Below are positions 10,198 through 21,348 of a DNA stretch of 64,000 nt, in pieces; within the stretch, counting starts at the first letter, position 1; the number at the start of each line of letters is the position of its first letter. Under the pieces are notes generated by a model. That model was not told the origin of the DNA. It saw only the letters and a list, made by a program, of their open reading frames with translations, and searched no databases. The position numbers and the translations under genes were made by a program. The stretch lies in the NCBI RefSeq assembly GCF_964204645.1, contig NC_134033.1, positions 5,728,231-5,792,230 on the forward strand, in the 5' to 3' direction. This DNA is from Tubulanus polymorphus (lineage: Eukaryota > Animalia > Nemertea).

Positions 10198-13100
10198 TTA
10201 TTTCTTATAGTAGCCTCTTCCTCGACTTCTTCCACTCCTACCAATATATGAATTCGTGCTACCGTAGCGGTCGTTTTCGTGCTCGCTGCTGTATCCGTAA
10301 TAATCCATGTCCTCGTACGCTGAAATAGATCGTTCATTCGATTATGTAAATCTAATATGCAAATCAGTTGCCGAATATATGAAACTTCTAACGAACAAGA
10401 CTCGAAACTAGAACAAAACATGCTTTCGAAGCCTTATTCTCATTAAGGATATAGTAATAATAATAATGATAATAATGATGATAATAATGATATCAATTCT
10501 AATAATGATTATTTTTATATAACATCATTCTCATTTTAGACTCGTATCACTTTACATAAATAAGACAAGATATGAAATAAGATTATAATATAAAACGATC
10601 AGAGCCAATTACAGCATATCAAATATAATCTTCATTAAAAAAGTGAGTTTTTTAGCCTCTTCCTAAAAATTGAATATGGTTGTAAGTAAGAGTTCTCCAA
10701 AAAATCAAATGCTTAACTCAATAGTAGCTGATAATAATGGAATTTTTTAGGTACTAATATATTTTGGACTAATACTAATATATTAAGTATTTTTCATAGT
10801 GGAATTATTTTGGATGAAAAATGTTTTTTTTTTGTGACGAAATTATTTTTTTGTTCGTCAAGAAATATTTTCATTTCCTGTATCGGCCACCGTTCTGGAC
10901 AGAAAAAAAAGGTACTCACGTCTGTAATGTTCGGGCGTGTAATGTCGACAAGTAGGGAATCTAGGTGGAATATCGAACGAGTCGAATTTCTCGAAGCCCT
11001 CGATCAGAGCGACGAACATTCCAAACATCAGATGCGGTTCGATGTGACAGTGCAGTCCCCAAGCGCCCGGATTATCAGCCTTGAAACGGATGACGACGTA
11101 ACCACCGGCCGGTACGAGGACGGTATCCTGAAATATAAAACTACATTAAGAAACAATATTGAGAGGTTATTCGACATATAACAAGGACTCTTTTGAAAAA
11201 AAAGGATGCCCAATCGGGTACCCGCAGTGCTACTATGGCAATCGAGTATTCCACGTATGGTAGGCGAGAATTCACCAGATGGCGCTAACAGATTATAGGT
11301 CGTCTGCGTTCGCTTTTTCTACGTTTCAATCAATTGTAAATGAACTTTTCTCTTTGAACAGACAATTAATTCATGAAAACTAGACCGATATCCAAATTGA
11401 AGAATGGAAGTATTGGTGCTCTAATAATGTATGGATTCTGGAGTTCAAAGTTCATTGAAAATGAGTTAATTTTGACAACGGTCGACCTATTGCTCGCCAC
11501 GCCATCTAGTGGGATATCCGGTTTTGCGGGTTCCCCATTTTTCTACACAGTTCGAGAAATAAGTTGATAATTCATTCATCAAAACAAAAACAAAACCTGT
11601 TTATTACTTCACGATCAATGATTCACCTTTAATGGTGGATCAAACAGATTCAAACCGGGGATGTTGTTGCCACCCCAAGTCGAATTTCTCCATCTCGCTC
11701 GATTACACCATATCGGGTCGTCGCAGATGAGATCTTCATTCTGGCCAATAATCGCCCCAGACGAATTCATTTGAGGCAACCCGATCTTCACGACGTAAAA
11801 ATGATGTCCGTGCATATGTATAGGATGATTGCTACGCCCGATGCCCAGACTCAGTATGACGAACTGTTGGATCTCTCCTAGTTTCATGTGGTGGTTGTAG
11901 GTACACTCGCACGTGTTGTTCGTCTGGCACGGCTCATAGCACGGGTTTTCCTGGGCTTCGCCCGGTTGCGTAAGAATCGGCGACACCGGCACCTGATAAC
12001 GAACACCGTTTACGCGCGGACCCCGCTTGAAGCCGAAATTGAATAAGCTTTCTCTGATTCGATGTCCTCGGTAACGTCGGCTACCCCCGGGACGTCCGGG
12101 GACCCGTTGTTTGTATTTCGACCTCATACGATCGAATGTAATGCATTCTTGGTTTGGTCGAGCGAAGTCGAAAGCGTCGCAGTTGTAGACGATGCACGTT
12201 GTTTCGTTTTGTGCACATCGATGAGTGGTAGAATTAGGATCGATGCCAGAAGTCGCTCCTCGGTATCGTAGGATAGCCAGTCCGCGACTCGCCCGTATCC
12301 AATAGGTATCGACTGGCTGGTCGGCCACGACTAGTACATCGTACCTCTCACCAGGTGTCACTTGCACGTGAGTTACCCACTGAGGTTTCAGGTCGCGGCC
12401 GTCTGTCGCTATCACCTGCATTCGGTGGCCGTCGATCGAGAACGTCACGAAAGTCGTCGCTTGCGAGCCGATTATACGGAATCTGTACACTTTACCTGGG
12501 ACGACCTCGAACTCCGTCAGCGGACTCTCCGTCAGGAAGGTGCCGTCGGGAGCCTGGTAGCGACCCCTACCGTTGACCACGAGAGAATGGTAGCGTTGAT
12601 CTAACGAGGAATCGTTATATTTGGCAGCTAGGCTACTCCAGATGTTGTTGGTCAGATACAAATACCACGCGTTACCTATGACTTCATGGTTTATGTCACC
12701 GAACATCACGTTGAAATCTCCGGATACAAGTGGCTGTTCGGCTTTCTTGGGATGGATGATAAAAGCCCCGTAAAGAGAATCGGAAAGCTGTATGCCGACG
12801 TGCGAGTGATACCAGAACGAACCGTACGGGTAGGCCTTGAAACGTTGCGTGAAGATCTCACCAGGCAGTTGGGGACACTGAGTCAACCACGGGATACCGT
12901 CGTACCATCCCGAATTCCTCTGATGCAACCCGTGCCAATGAACGGATATCGCTTCGGAGATATCCTTGTTGTGTACGTTGATGATTATTTCTTGGTTCTC
13001 CCACGCCACGATATCTGGTCCGGGAACCGTCCCGTTGAACGTCAACATCCGGATGGGTCTCATGAAGCCGTCCGAAACGACCACGTTCGCCGGATCGATT

Positions 13101-13528
13101 GCTGATACGTTCGGATTAGTAGGATCGTCGTTCCAATTGTAGAGTCTGCCCTGATAAGTAAACAGCAGGGTTCGTCGATAAACCATCGTCAGCGTTTCAA
13201 CTACTTCGAGCGTAAATACGCATTGCTTATCCGTCCGTCTGCATGGTCTCGCGTGAATAGGCTCTGTAATTGATTAAGACAAACTTACTATTCGTTGAAT
13301 CGGCCCTAAATCGCTCTTTTTCCCGACAACTTCGACGACCTGGCGAAGAGCTTCAATTTCTCATTCCAGAGTAAGATGAAATTGAATGACTGTTTGTGAT
13401 TAGGTAGAATACAAAATTGTATATGTTTTACCGTATACGTCATCTGCATACATCGTAGGAGGCCCCCTTGCGGCGACAGCGAGCACTAAAGCGCACACGA
13501 TTAAACAGTAGACATACATAGTGTTCAT
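10198..13528 (-). CDS. Secreted laccase-type multicopper oxidase, about 687 aa; coding exons 13528-13432, 13263-11627, 11127-10920, 10319-10198
   Basis: Signal peptide MNTMYVYCLIVCALVLAVAA. All four copper motifs are present: HWHG, WYHSH, HPIHMHGH, HCHIEPHLMFGM. GT-AG introns have consistent phases (2064 nt total). A probable non-coding exon has its donor near 14737. Confidence 0.93.
11200..11540. mobile_element. GAGGAC-family MITE in a laccase intron, with CTCF-like motifs near both ends
   Basis: CACCAGATGGCGCTA at 11273-11287 and CGCCATCTAGTGGG at 11500-11513, plus internal blocks shared with the other copies. Confidence 0.65.
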
Positions 13529-14274
13529 ACCTAGAAATAAAGGGAAAATTACCCGTAGACCACTTATAAAAACTTGAATTGATAGATTATATATAGCAAA
13601 ATACGATAGAGTAGGCTCGTTTATTATAATACTCAGTCGAATGATCTGAATCGCTATATTTTTCCTCCATTCCTTTAATCTGTATTCAACTTTTAATCAC
13701 TAACTTAGTTCCTTTGTAGTTACATTCCTGTATGGATATCTTAACAATTCATTCTGATTCAGTACACCTGATGATGGCTTTTAGTCGAAAGGTCGCTCAA
13801 ATTTCTGTACATTTCTATTCAAGAACTTTGCATTTTGGCTTAAATATTGTTGGAGTTTCACGCGTTTTCCATCATACACGGATATTGTGCATCTTATCGA
13901 CTCATCTCAAATTGTGTTACTATTGTCCTTACTATTATCATTTTATTGAATAATCATTGTTAGTATTATCATTATTAATATCATTGTATACATATCTATA
14001 TTGCTGCACCATGCTCCTGCACTATGCACAAGGTTCCTGCGGCGTCATGCACCCCAAAACCAGTGGTTTTGAGTAAATGAACGTTTAAAATGTTATCGCA
14101 AATAAATATCACTTATTGTATGGAATGTATAATTTTGCTTAACACAGTTCCGATTTACCTAGGAATATTCAAACATAAGCTAAACTCCATATTCAATTTT
14201 TCAAACGCAATTCTGGTCTATGCATTAACCTCCATAATGCATCACCCGTAAATCCCTAAATCCCCAACGAGACG

Positions 14275-14430
14275 AGTAGTACTTCAAAGGTTGCCTATTT
14301 CATTTGACGCACGAGCTTTCGCTACTAATGTATAATAGCCATATCAGGTGAAGGTGTCAAAAGCTACTGTACACTGGTAGCGATAGTTCGTGCGTAAGAT
14401 AAAATAGTTAACCTACAAAGAATTGCTAGT
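14275..14430. mobile_element. Short imperfect palindromic MITE-like element
   Basis: aggttgcctatttcatttgacgcacgagctttcgctac is mirrored by gtagcgatagttcgtgcgtaagataaaatagttaacct. Confidence 0.5.
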
Positions 14431-15293
14431 CCGGTTGTATTAATTCTATACTCGGTTAACACGGCTCCTTTTAGAAAATAAGATATTACTAACTTAGATT
14501 ATTTTATTGCTATCATGTTTTGCACGTTTGCAAATATGATCTTGGGAAATACTGCAGATAAATGTAGTGAAAATTAAGACGAATTGAATTAAAATCATCG
14601 TAAAAATGAAGAAAAACATTCGATCGAAAATTTAGACGGTGAAAACAAAAACAAAAAAGTTTTGACGAAAACGACGGAAAAAAATTCCTTTTGAACGAAG
14701 TTACAACCTGAAATGAGATTGATCGAGCGTATCTTACCTGTAGCGCCGTTCGAGGAACGATGCAATTTTTCGATCGCGACTTCGACTTTTATGGACATCG
14801 AGTCGGCAATTCACTAATTACGAAAATAATTACGCGGCTTTGTGTCCACGCGAAACATCTGAGTCGTTTTCAATGGACTCGTACGCGGCTTACAATGGGA
14901 TCGCGCACACGTGGACAAAGACGAACGAATTTCGTGTTTTGAAATCGAATCTCGAATTTGAATGGAAGTTGTTTTGATCGTGCGACAAATCTGTCTCGTC
15001 CATCTGCTGGAAACGATGTGATTCCCGTTTTTCAATTATACAATTTGATTAGAATCATTTATAGAAATTAGGTAACGATCAAAGCGCGCTTTTACGAGTC
15101 GGCATTACTTCAATGATTCTCGATTCAACAACATACTTCATTCATGATATCGCGCTCTCACTCGAATCAATTTTTATAATTTCGGATTTGCATTAACCCT
15201 CCTAATACCTCCGTGTAACTACCGCGGTGTAATAAGTAAGTACTTATAGGGTCAAATGAGGGTTTCAAGTCGACCCTGTCTTACTTGGGACGA

Positions 15294-15643
15294 AATGAGG
15301 ACCCTACGTTCGCCTGTGGCAATCGAGGATTCCATTTGTGGCAAGCGAGCATTCACCGGGTGTCCCAGGTGTGCATTCCGACAACTCCCGGACTTTTTCT
15401 CAGATTCAATTGAAATCTATCCATAATTTCTCAAGTTCTTTCAATGGTGATTGATGAAATTCGGCCTCTATATGAACCTAAAGGTAATCTGAGTTTGTCA
15501 ATAGGAGTGATTTGCCTAACTTCTGATGAGGGAGGCTAACAATCTAGATGAAAGTTCATTGAAAATGAACTAGATTGTGACATGGTTGTCGCACTGATAC
15601 GCACGCCGTCTAGTGGGATAGCTGGTGGCACGGAGTCCTCATT
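15294..15643. mobile_element. GAGGAC-family MITE with the best-preserved termini
   Basis: AATGAGGACCC at the left end and GGAGTCCTCATT at the right end. Further fragments lie at about 18710-18800, 22365-22415, 23570-23680, 23780-24080, 26780-27105, 35800-35825 and 63880-63985. Confidence 0.7.
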
Positions 15644-16189
15644 CTATATTTGTTATATCCAATGAATCGTAGTATCCGAGATCGTTGTTACGAGGTTCCG
15701 CTGTATAGGGTAAGACATACAATGTACTAGATAGTTGAGACTATTTTCAGTCTCGATTATGGTTTTTCCACCGAGAATGTTAACTAAAAACATAATTTTT
15801 ATAATTTGCGTTCCAACGTCCCGAACAAAAATATTAACAATCATCTTTTTTAATTTACATAATGTGTGAAACAACTATGCGGTAAGACATACTCTAGGGA
15901 TACTGGTCAGTCAGTTTAAAGGGTATGAAATTATCTGGGTTAATAGAATGATTTGTTCCTACTATACAGTTCGTGCACCCGGTGCCATACAGCACGTCAT
16001 GTCGACCTGAAAAGAAGTCACATTCGACGGCCATTTTACGTCTGATGTGACGTAAGTGAACAACGCGTGCACGTCCACATAGCCTCTATAGATAATTTAC
16101 AGCTATCTGCTATCATTCTTCGACGTGTTTGTTTGTTTTTGCTTTAATGTCGTTCGGATCCTGGTTTCTCATGAGTATCCCCTATTACA

Positions 16190-16550
16190 CTCAACTAAAC
16201 CGTTACTTTCGTCTTAATCTCTACTGCAGTTGAGACAGAGTATGCTGTATTTTTTACGAACTATTATTTGTATTTGACACAATCTTGGGGTAGAATTGTA
16301 CCCGTCTCAAATTTACCGCAGTAAGAGACAGAGTCTACTGTATTTCACAAACTCTTACTCAGTATTTGACACCAACTCTGGATAGAATTTTACCGGTCTC
16401 AACTATACCGCAGTAAGAGACAAAGACTACTGTAATTCACAAACTCTTACTCAGTATTTGACATCAACTCGGGGTAGAATTTAATCGGTCTCAACCTAAC
16501 CACAGTAAGGGACAGAGTCAATTATATGTCACATACCCTTACTCCGACAG
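16190..16550 (+). repeat. 92-bp minisatellite (about 4 units); dispersed family
   Basis: Unit gtaagagacagagtctactgtatttcacaaactcttactcagtatttgacaccaactcggggtagaattttaccggtctcaactttaccgca; period measured 16321 to 16413. Confidence 0.9.
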
Positions 16551-16789
16551 TTCACAACCTGTCCCAGTAGACCAACGTTACATCATATATTCTTTGAAAA
16601 TTCATTGTTTCTTGTATTGAAAAATCAGTGATTTAAACACGTACAACCTGAGTTAAAAATTGAAGGTCGTTTTATTTGACGATCTAAAAAAGAAAAGGCG
16701 TGTACGTTTTGTGGAATCTATATAGCTTTCGATATAGTTTCAATAATTAGTGTGCTTTGATTGAGAGTGAAGTCTGATTGGTCGACGCA

Positions 16790-17797
16790 ATGGCTGCAAC
16801 GTCTACTCCCCGGAACGGCTCGAATATTACAAACATCTTCACGAGCCTCGTACTGGCGGCTACTACGATAAACGGAACCTATCTCTGGTGTTACCTCGTA
16901 TTCGCTAGTCTCTGCTTGATGCTCGGATTTGTCGGCAATCTCCTGATCGTGATGGTAATGCGCAAGCGCAAGCTGTGGGGACGTTCATTCAGTCGCATGT
17001 TCGTTCAGCTAGCCGTCTGCGACACATTGGTTCTAATCAGTTATTCGATGAAATATATCAACGTTATATCTTACGCATTTGGCAGCAGGAAATTACTGGT
17101 TAAACCGTCAACACGAATTCAATGTATATGTTTCGAATACTTGCTGACGCTGGGCTTTGCGAGCAGCCCGTGGACGCTGGTCCTCGTAGCCGTCGAGCGA
17201 ATGTGCGTTGTTTGTTTTCCGTTTAGGGGTCCCCGTTTCTGGAGCCCGAATACAGCGTCGAAACTCTGTTTTTCCGTCATCTGCGTCGTTGCGCTGATTT
17301 ATAGCTATCTATTCTTAACTATCGACGTCATCGACAACCGGGGTTGCGTTTATAAAAATGTGCCTCAATTCACCAAGCCTTTGCTAACGTCGATTTTCAT
17401 CTCGATAGGCCCGTTCATTTCGTTAGCGATTACGTCCGCGATAACGTCGATCACTTTGTTGAGAAAAAAAGGCAAATCGGTAACGACCCGAGCGTCGAAA
17501 TACTCAAACCAGGTAACCGTTTTGGTTCTGTTACTGTGCGCCTTTTTCATGACCACGACGTTCCCCGCCACTTTACTCGGCCCGTTCGTCCGGACGAACC
17601 CTGAACTTAAAATCGTTTTCGCGGTCTTAGTCGATATCTTAATGGTAAACTATTCGTTTACCCTGTACTTGTACCTGATGACGGGAAAAGAAATCAGAAA
17701 CGAATTGCGCAGTCTGATCTCAGAAACCGTAGCCCAAATCTTGAACTTTGTCATTTGTGTAGTATCTAAAATTACTCGATTACCATCGCAGAAATGA
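16790..17797 (+). CDS. Intronless rhodopsin-class (class A) orphan GPCR, peptide-receptor-like, about 335 aa
   Basis: Seven hydrophobic segments; GFVGN (TM1), LAVCD (TM2), VAVERM (DRY equivalent), TTFP (TM6), NYSFTLYLY (TM7); N-terminal N-glycosylation sequons. Confidence 0.9.
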   Translation: MAATSTPRNGSNITNIFTSLVLAATTINGTYLWCYLVFASLCLMLGFVGNLLIVMVMRKRKLWGRSFSRMFVQLAVCDTLVLISYSMKYINVISYAFGSRKLLVKPSTRIQCICFEYLLTLGFASSPWTLVLVAVERMCVVCFPFRGPRFWSPNTASKLCFSVICVVALIYSYLFLTIDVIDNRGCVYKNVPQFTKPLLTSIFISIGPFISLAITSAITSITLLRKKGKSVTTRASKYSNQVTVLVLLLCAFFMTTTFPATLLGPFVRTNPELKIVFAVLVDILMVNYSFTLYLYLMTGKEIRNELRSLISETVAQILNFVICVVSKITRLPSQK

Positions 17798-17811
17798 TAT
17801 CTACAAGCTGA

Positions 17812-18477
17812 GACTCCGCCTTAACCGGATAAATCGGGACATTCTCTTTTTACCGAATGAAGCGGTTTTAACTGTTCGAAAAAAAACCCCAGGAAGATCA
17901 TTGGTTAGAAACATGGATACGGTAAAGCCTAATGGCTGTCTATGGTAGATAACGCAACGATCACTTTTTTATTTCATAAGATACGATCGCCATAGACCGT
18001 CCGTATTGGCGTATTATTCGAGTTGATCACCGAAGTCTTCATCCGAAACCTTCGGTTGGCTCCACACAAAATCCGAATCGCACCGCCTCGACGGAAAGCG
18101 GGGTTCTGACTCTCCAAAAGGTCTCGTTACCAATAATAGAGTACCAATGGAGGCAAACCGGATCTGCCCGATCTAATAAAAGAGTAGGACACCGAAACTA
18201 ATCGCCGATGGTTGGTAAATTCAGGTTATAGCGACACATCCCTCACCAACGGAGATGGAAGATCGATAGTGTTGTATTGTCGGCGTACAGCCGTTAAGAT
18301 TTGACGGGTTAGGCACAGATTGCATGGAAACGAAGTCAAAACTTTGAGGATTACTTTAAATGGATTACCTTTCATATAGAGATACTGGACGAGGCTGATA
18401 TTTATATCATTGAATAACAGTAGCAAATGGTTTTTTGTGTAGTACTAGTTTCAACGAAACTCGCATAAGGCGGAGTC
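17812..18477. mobile_element. Possible non-autonomous TIR element just downstream of the GPCR stop codon
   Basis: 12-bp inverted repeat GACTCCGCCTTA (17812-17823) / TAAGGCGGAGTC (18466-18477). No TSD identified. Confidence 0.35.
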
Positions 18478-19534
18478 CGCTGTACCACATTCTGTCGTCG
18501 ATTTAATTAAATAAATTAATCTAGAAATCGATATCAATCAACTTTCGATCTTTCTTCCCTCGTTTCTAATTTATCCAATTAGTCAAAAGGAATCCATTCT
18601 AACTTTTTATTATACGGAGTAATGGATTTTGAATATGCGGACGATTTCCACAATATTTCCACATTTCTGAATTTAATGTGCTTAACATCTAATCAGTAGA
18701 GTTTTATAACGGGGGCCGCAGCATTAGTTATCCCACCAGATGGCGTGACGAGCACACGGTCTATTGTTGTCAAAATTAGTTCATTTAATGAACATTGACT
18801 TTTAAGCTAATAATTCATTCAAATGTAATCTTTGGATCGAAATTAATATGATTGGATCAGCTAGCGATATACATGTATGTACATACTTTTCTGCGACGGG
18901 CTCTCTTAAGAAAATGTACGTATTAAGAGGAATCAAAAACAGTGATACAAAATATAGAATACTAATATCATCGTCGCTATTAAATTCTAGCATTAAAACG
19001 TCCAAGATGTCCGTTCAGGAAGGTATATGAGAGCTCATATTTTAATAATTTTTCTGTTGATGATACAATGCCATTGAGGTTATCTTTGGTCTAGGAGCAG
19101 ATCCAGATGTTTCACCACCCCAGGGCGCATAGGTAAACTGAAAAGTCACCCACATCATGGCCCGATATGGGGGATGTGGGGGCACTCCCCGGAAAATTTT
19201 GAATGTTCAAGGCCCTGAGATGCGATCTTTCAGTACATTTCGGTCATTCTCAATTAATGGTTGATGGGGATAGGCTTTCAAAATGAACGTACGGGTCGTG
19301 TGGTCAATGTAATAAGTACACCCCAGGATTCGGGATTAATTCGCTGAGAGGGTGTGCTCACGACCGACCAGAAAGCCGTCCACTGGACGGGTATTCAGCT
19401 AGTATGTATATAAAAGTGGAAAAGCACCATAGGACCGGTCGAACACCATATTCGAATAAGTCACTCAAAAGAAACTGGTAGACCACGTTCTTCGACTTTT
19501 GGACTGAACTTGGCTGTGCATACAGTTTTCTTTT

Positions 19535-20400
19535 CTATTTCGAATCACAAAAATAATTTATCAATAAAATCTGTTTAGATTTTTTTCTAAAGGCGTCGTT
19601 CGTCGCGCAGTAAAGGAAGAAATTTACGGATGAATCTAAAACACTGAGCAGAATTCCTACTTCACGCATGATCATCATTCCATCCATAGATACACCGTGA
19701 GGTAATCCAAACTCCTTTCTGAAGTAACCTAGCAGACGCTCCAGTGATGCGGGAATTTCACGGATAAAAAATATAGCTACAATTATGAGAACCAATTTTA
19801 ATATTCTGAGTTCGGTAGATTTTTCACCGGGCGTCGCTGCGTCAGTGCGAAATTGTTTCTTTTGTAGTTTTAGTTTACTAAACATCATGATTCCAAACAA
19901 AGTTACATTGATCACAATTAGAAAAATAAAAGGGTGCAGGGATAGTCATGAACATATGGGAATTAGAAACAAAGGCGGATGCTCGATTACCAGTATAAAT
20001 AAAAGGTGTTCGAATTGTTTTCGCTCCAAAAGGTCCCATTGTAAAAAAAACCTTCAAAACAGCGTCGCGTGGCCCTGCCGGGTATAACGGCCCAATTTCT
20101 GGACAGTGGAACGTATGAAACAGCGGTAGAACCCAAATTATAATTTCGAATCGTTACAATCGTCTCCGTTACGAGCGAGTGGGAAATACCGCCTTACGTC
20201 AATATTCGAAATTATACTACTCGTTTGAATTTAAGTGAGTTTGTACCGAAGATACGGATCGATTCGACAAACAAAATAATACCGTGAGGCAGCCACATAA
20301 CATACCGGAAGCAGATTATCGGATGTCGATGCACGCGCAAATGACCGGAAGATGATGACCGGATATCGCCACAGCTGCGGGGGATGGATTTTTGTATTTA
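19535..20400 (-). pseudogene. Class A GPCR pseudogene (TM5-TM7 readable, upstream part decayed)
   Basis: LVLIIVAIFFIREIP (TM6) and LDSSVNFFLYCATNDAFRK (TM7/helix 8). An in-frame stop lies just upstream of TM5 and there is no continuous frame beyond it. The 5' limit is approximate. Confidence 0.7.
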
Positions 20401-21020
20401 AGTGATAACGGATTGAACCCAGATCATTTCATCAGGACTTGTATTGGTGATAATCAGGTGAGAACGAGCTAATCAAGAAGAGATTCTATTAGAATATTTT
20501 TTCATGTTAAGCTATTTACTACTTTTCTTAACAGGAAGAAAAAATAAACTTCTTAATTTAAAATGTTAAGGCCTAATACAGGAAAAAACACACAATTAAA
20601 GTGAAACGACAATGATGGTAATCAAAATACCCTCGCAGTAAAGAATCAGTCAGGGCACAAGGCCTGAAACATTTGTAGTGAACGGAATTCAACTTTTTAA
20701 GAGTCGAACTTCAACCAATTACTATGTGGAATAGGAGCCTTGCGAGATAACTCAATCATTTATGGTATTTTCGCGGATAATGAAACTAGTCGTTCAATGA
20801 AAAAGATATTAGATCATTAGGGTCTTGTGTCTCGTATGGAAATATTATTTTCAGCAGGTTATAACCAAATAAGAGTGTTTAAAACATTCATTTAGATTAA
20901 TAACTGCTGCATTCGCTACGATTCTCTAAAGACTATAGCGTGTATTGAATTACAGCAACTGATCGTATCCGGTTGCTGTAGTAAGCGAGTATCCCGCTCA
21001 TCAAAAATCTAGTAGAAACC

Positions 21021-21136
21021 GGGGGCGAGATTTATAGACTAGACGTATTATCTTTTACCCGGGGGCTAACTCCATTCATTTGCAACCGAGTTACCCCACG
21101 GTTTAAAGTTAATACCAGTGTATAAAACCGCGTCCA
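21021..21136. mobile_element. ~115-bp palindromic MITE; second copy at about 50572-50697
   Basis: Shared cccgggggctaactc core and inverted ends (tttatagact...gtatta / taataccagtgtataaa). Confidence 0.55.
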
Positions 21137-21348
21137 GGAATCGAGTGTCTCGTGCCAGTCTTTAGGTTCACATCGACAGTAGCTGAGATGTGTTATCTAA
21201 CTATTCTTAAGGGCATCCCAAGACACGTGTCATTTGCTTTTTTAGTCAGTTGCGCCATGTGTTGTTGATTATGTAGCGCGTCAATCGGGCCTTACGAAAA
21301 TTTGAATATTTTACGTTTGATTTCGTTTCGTTTTCAGCTATTGACACA

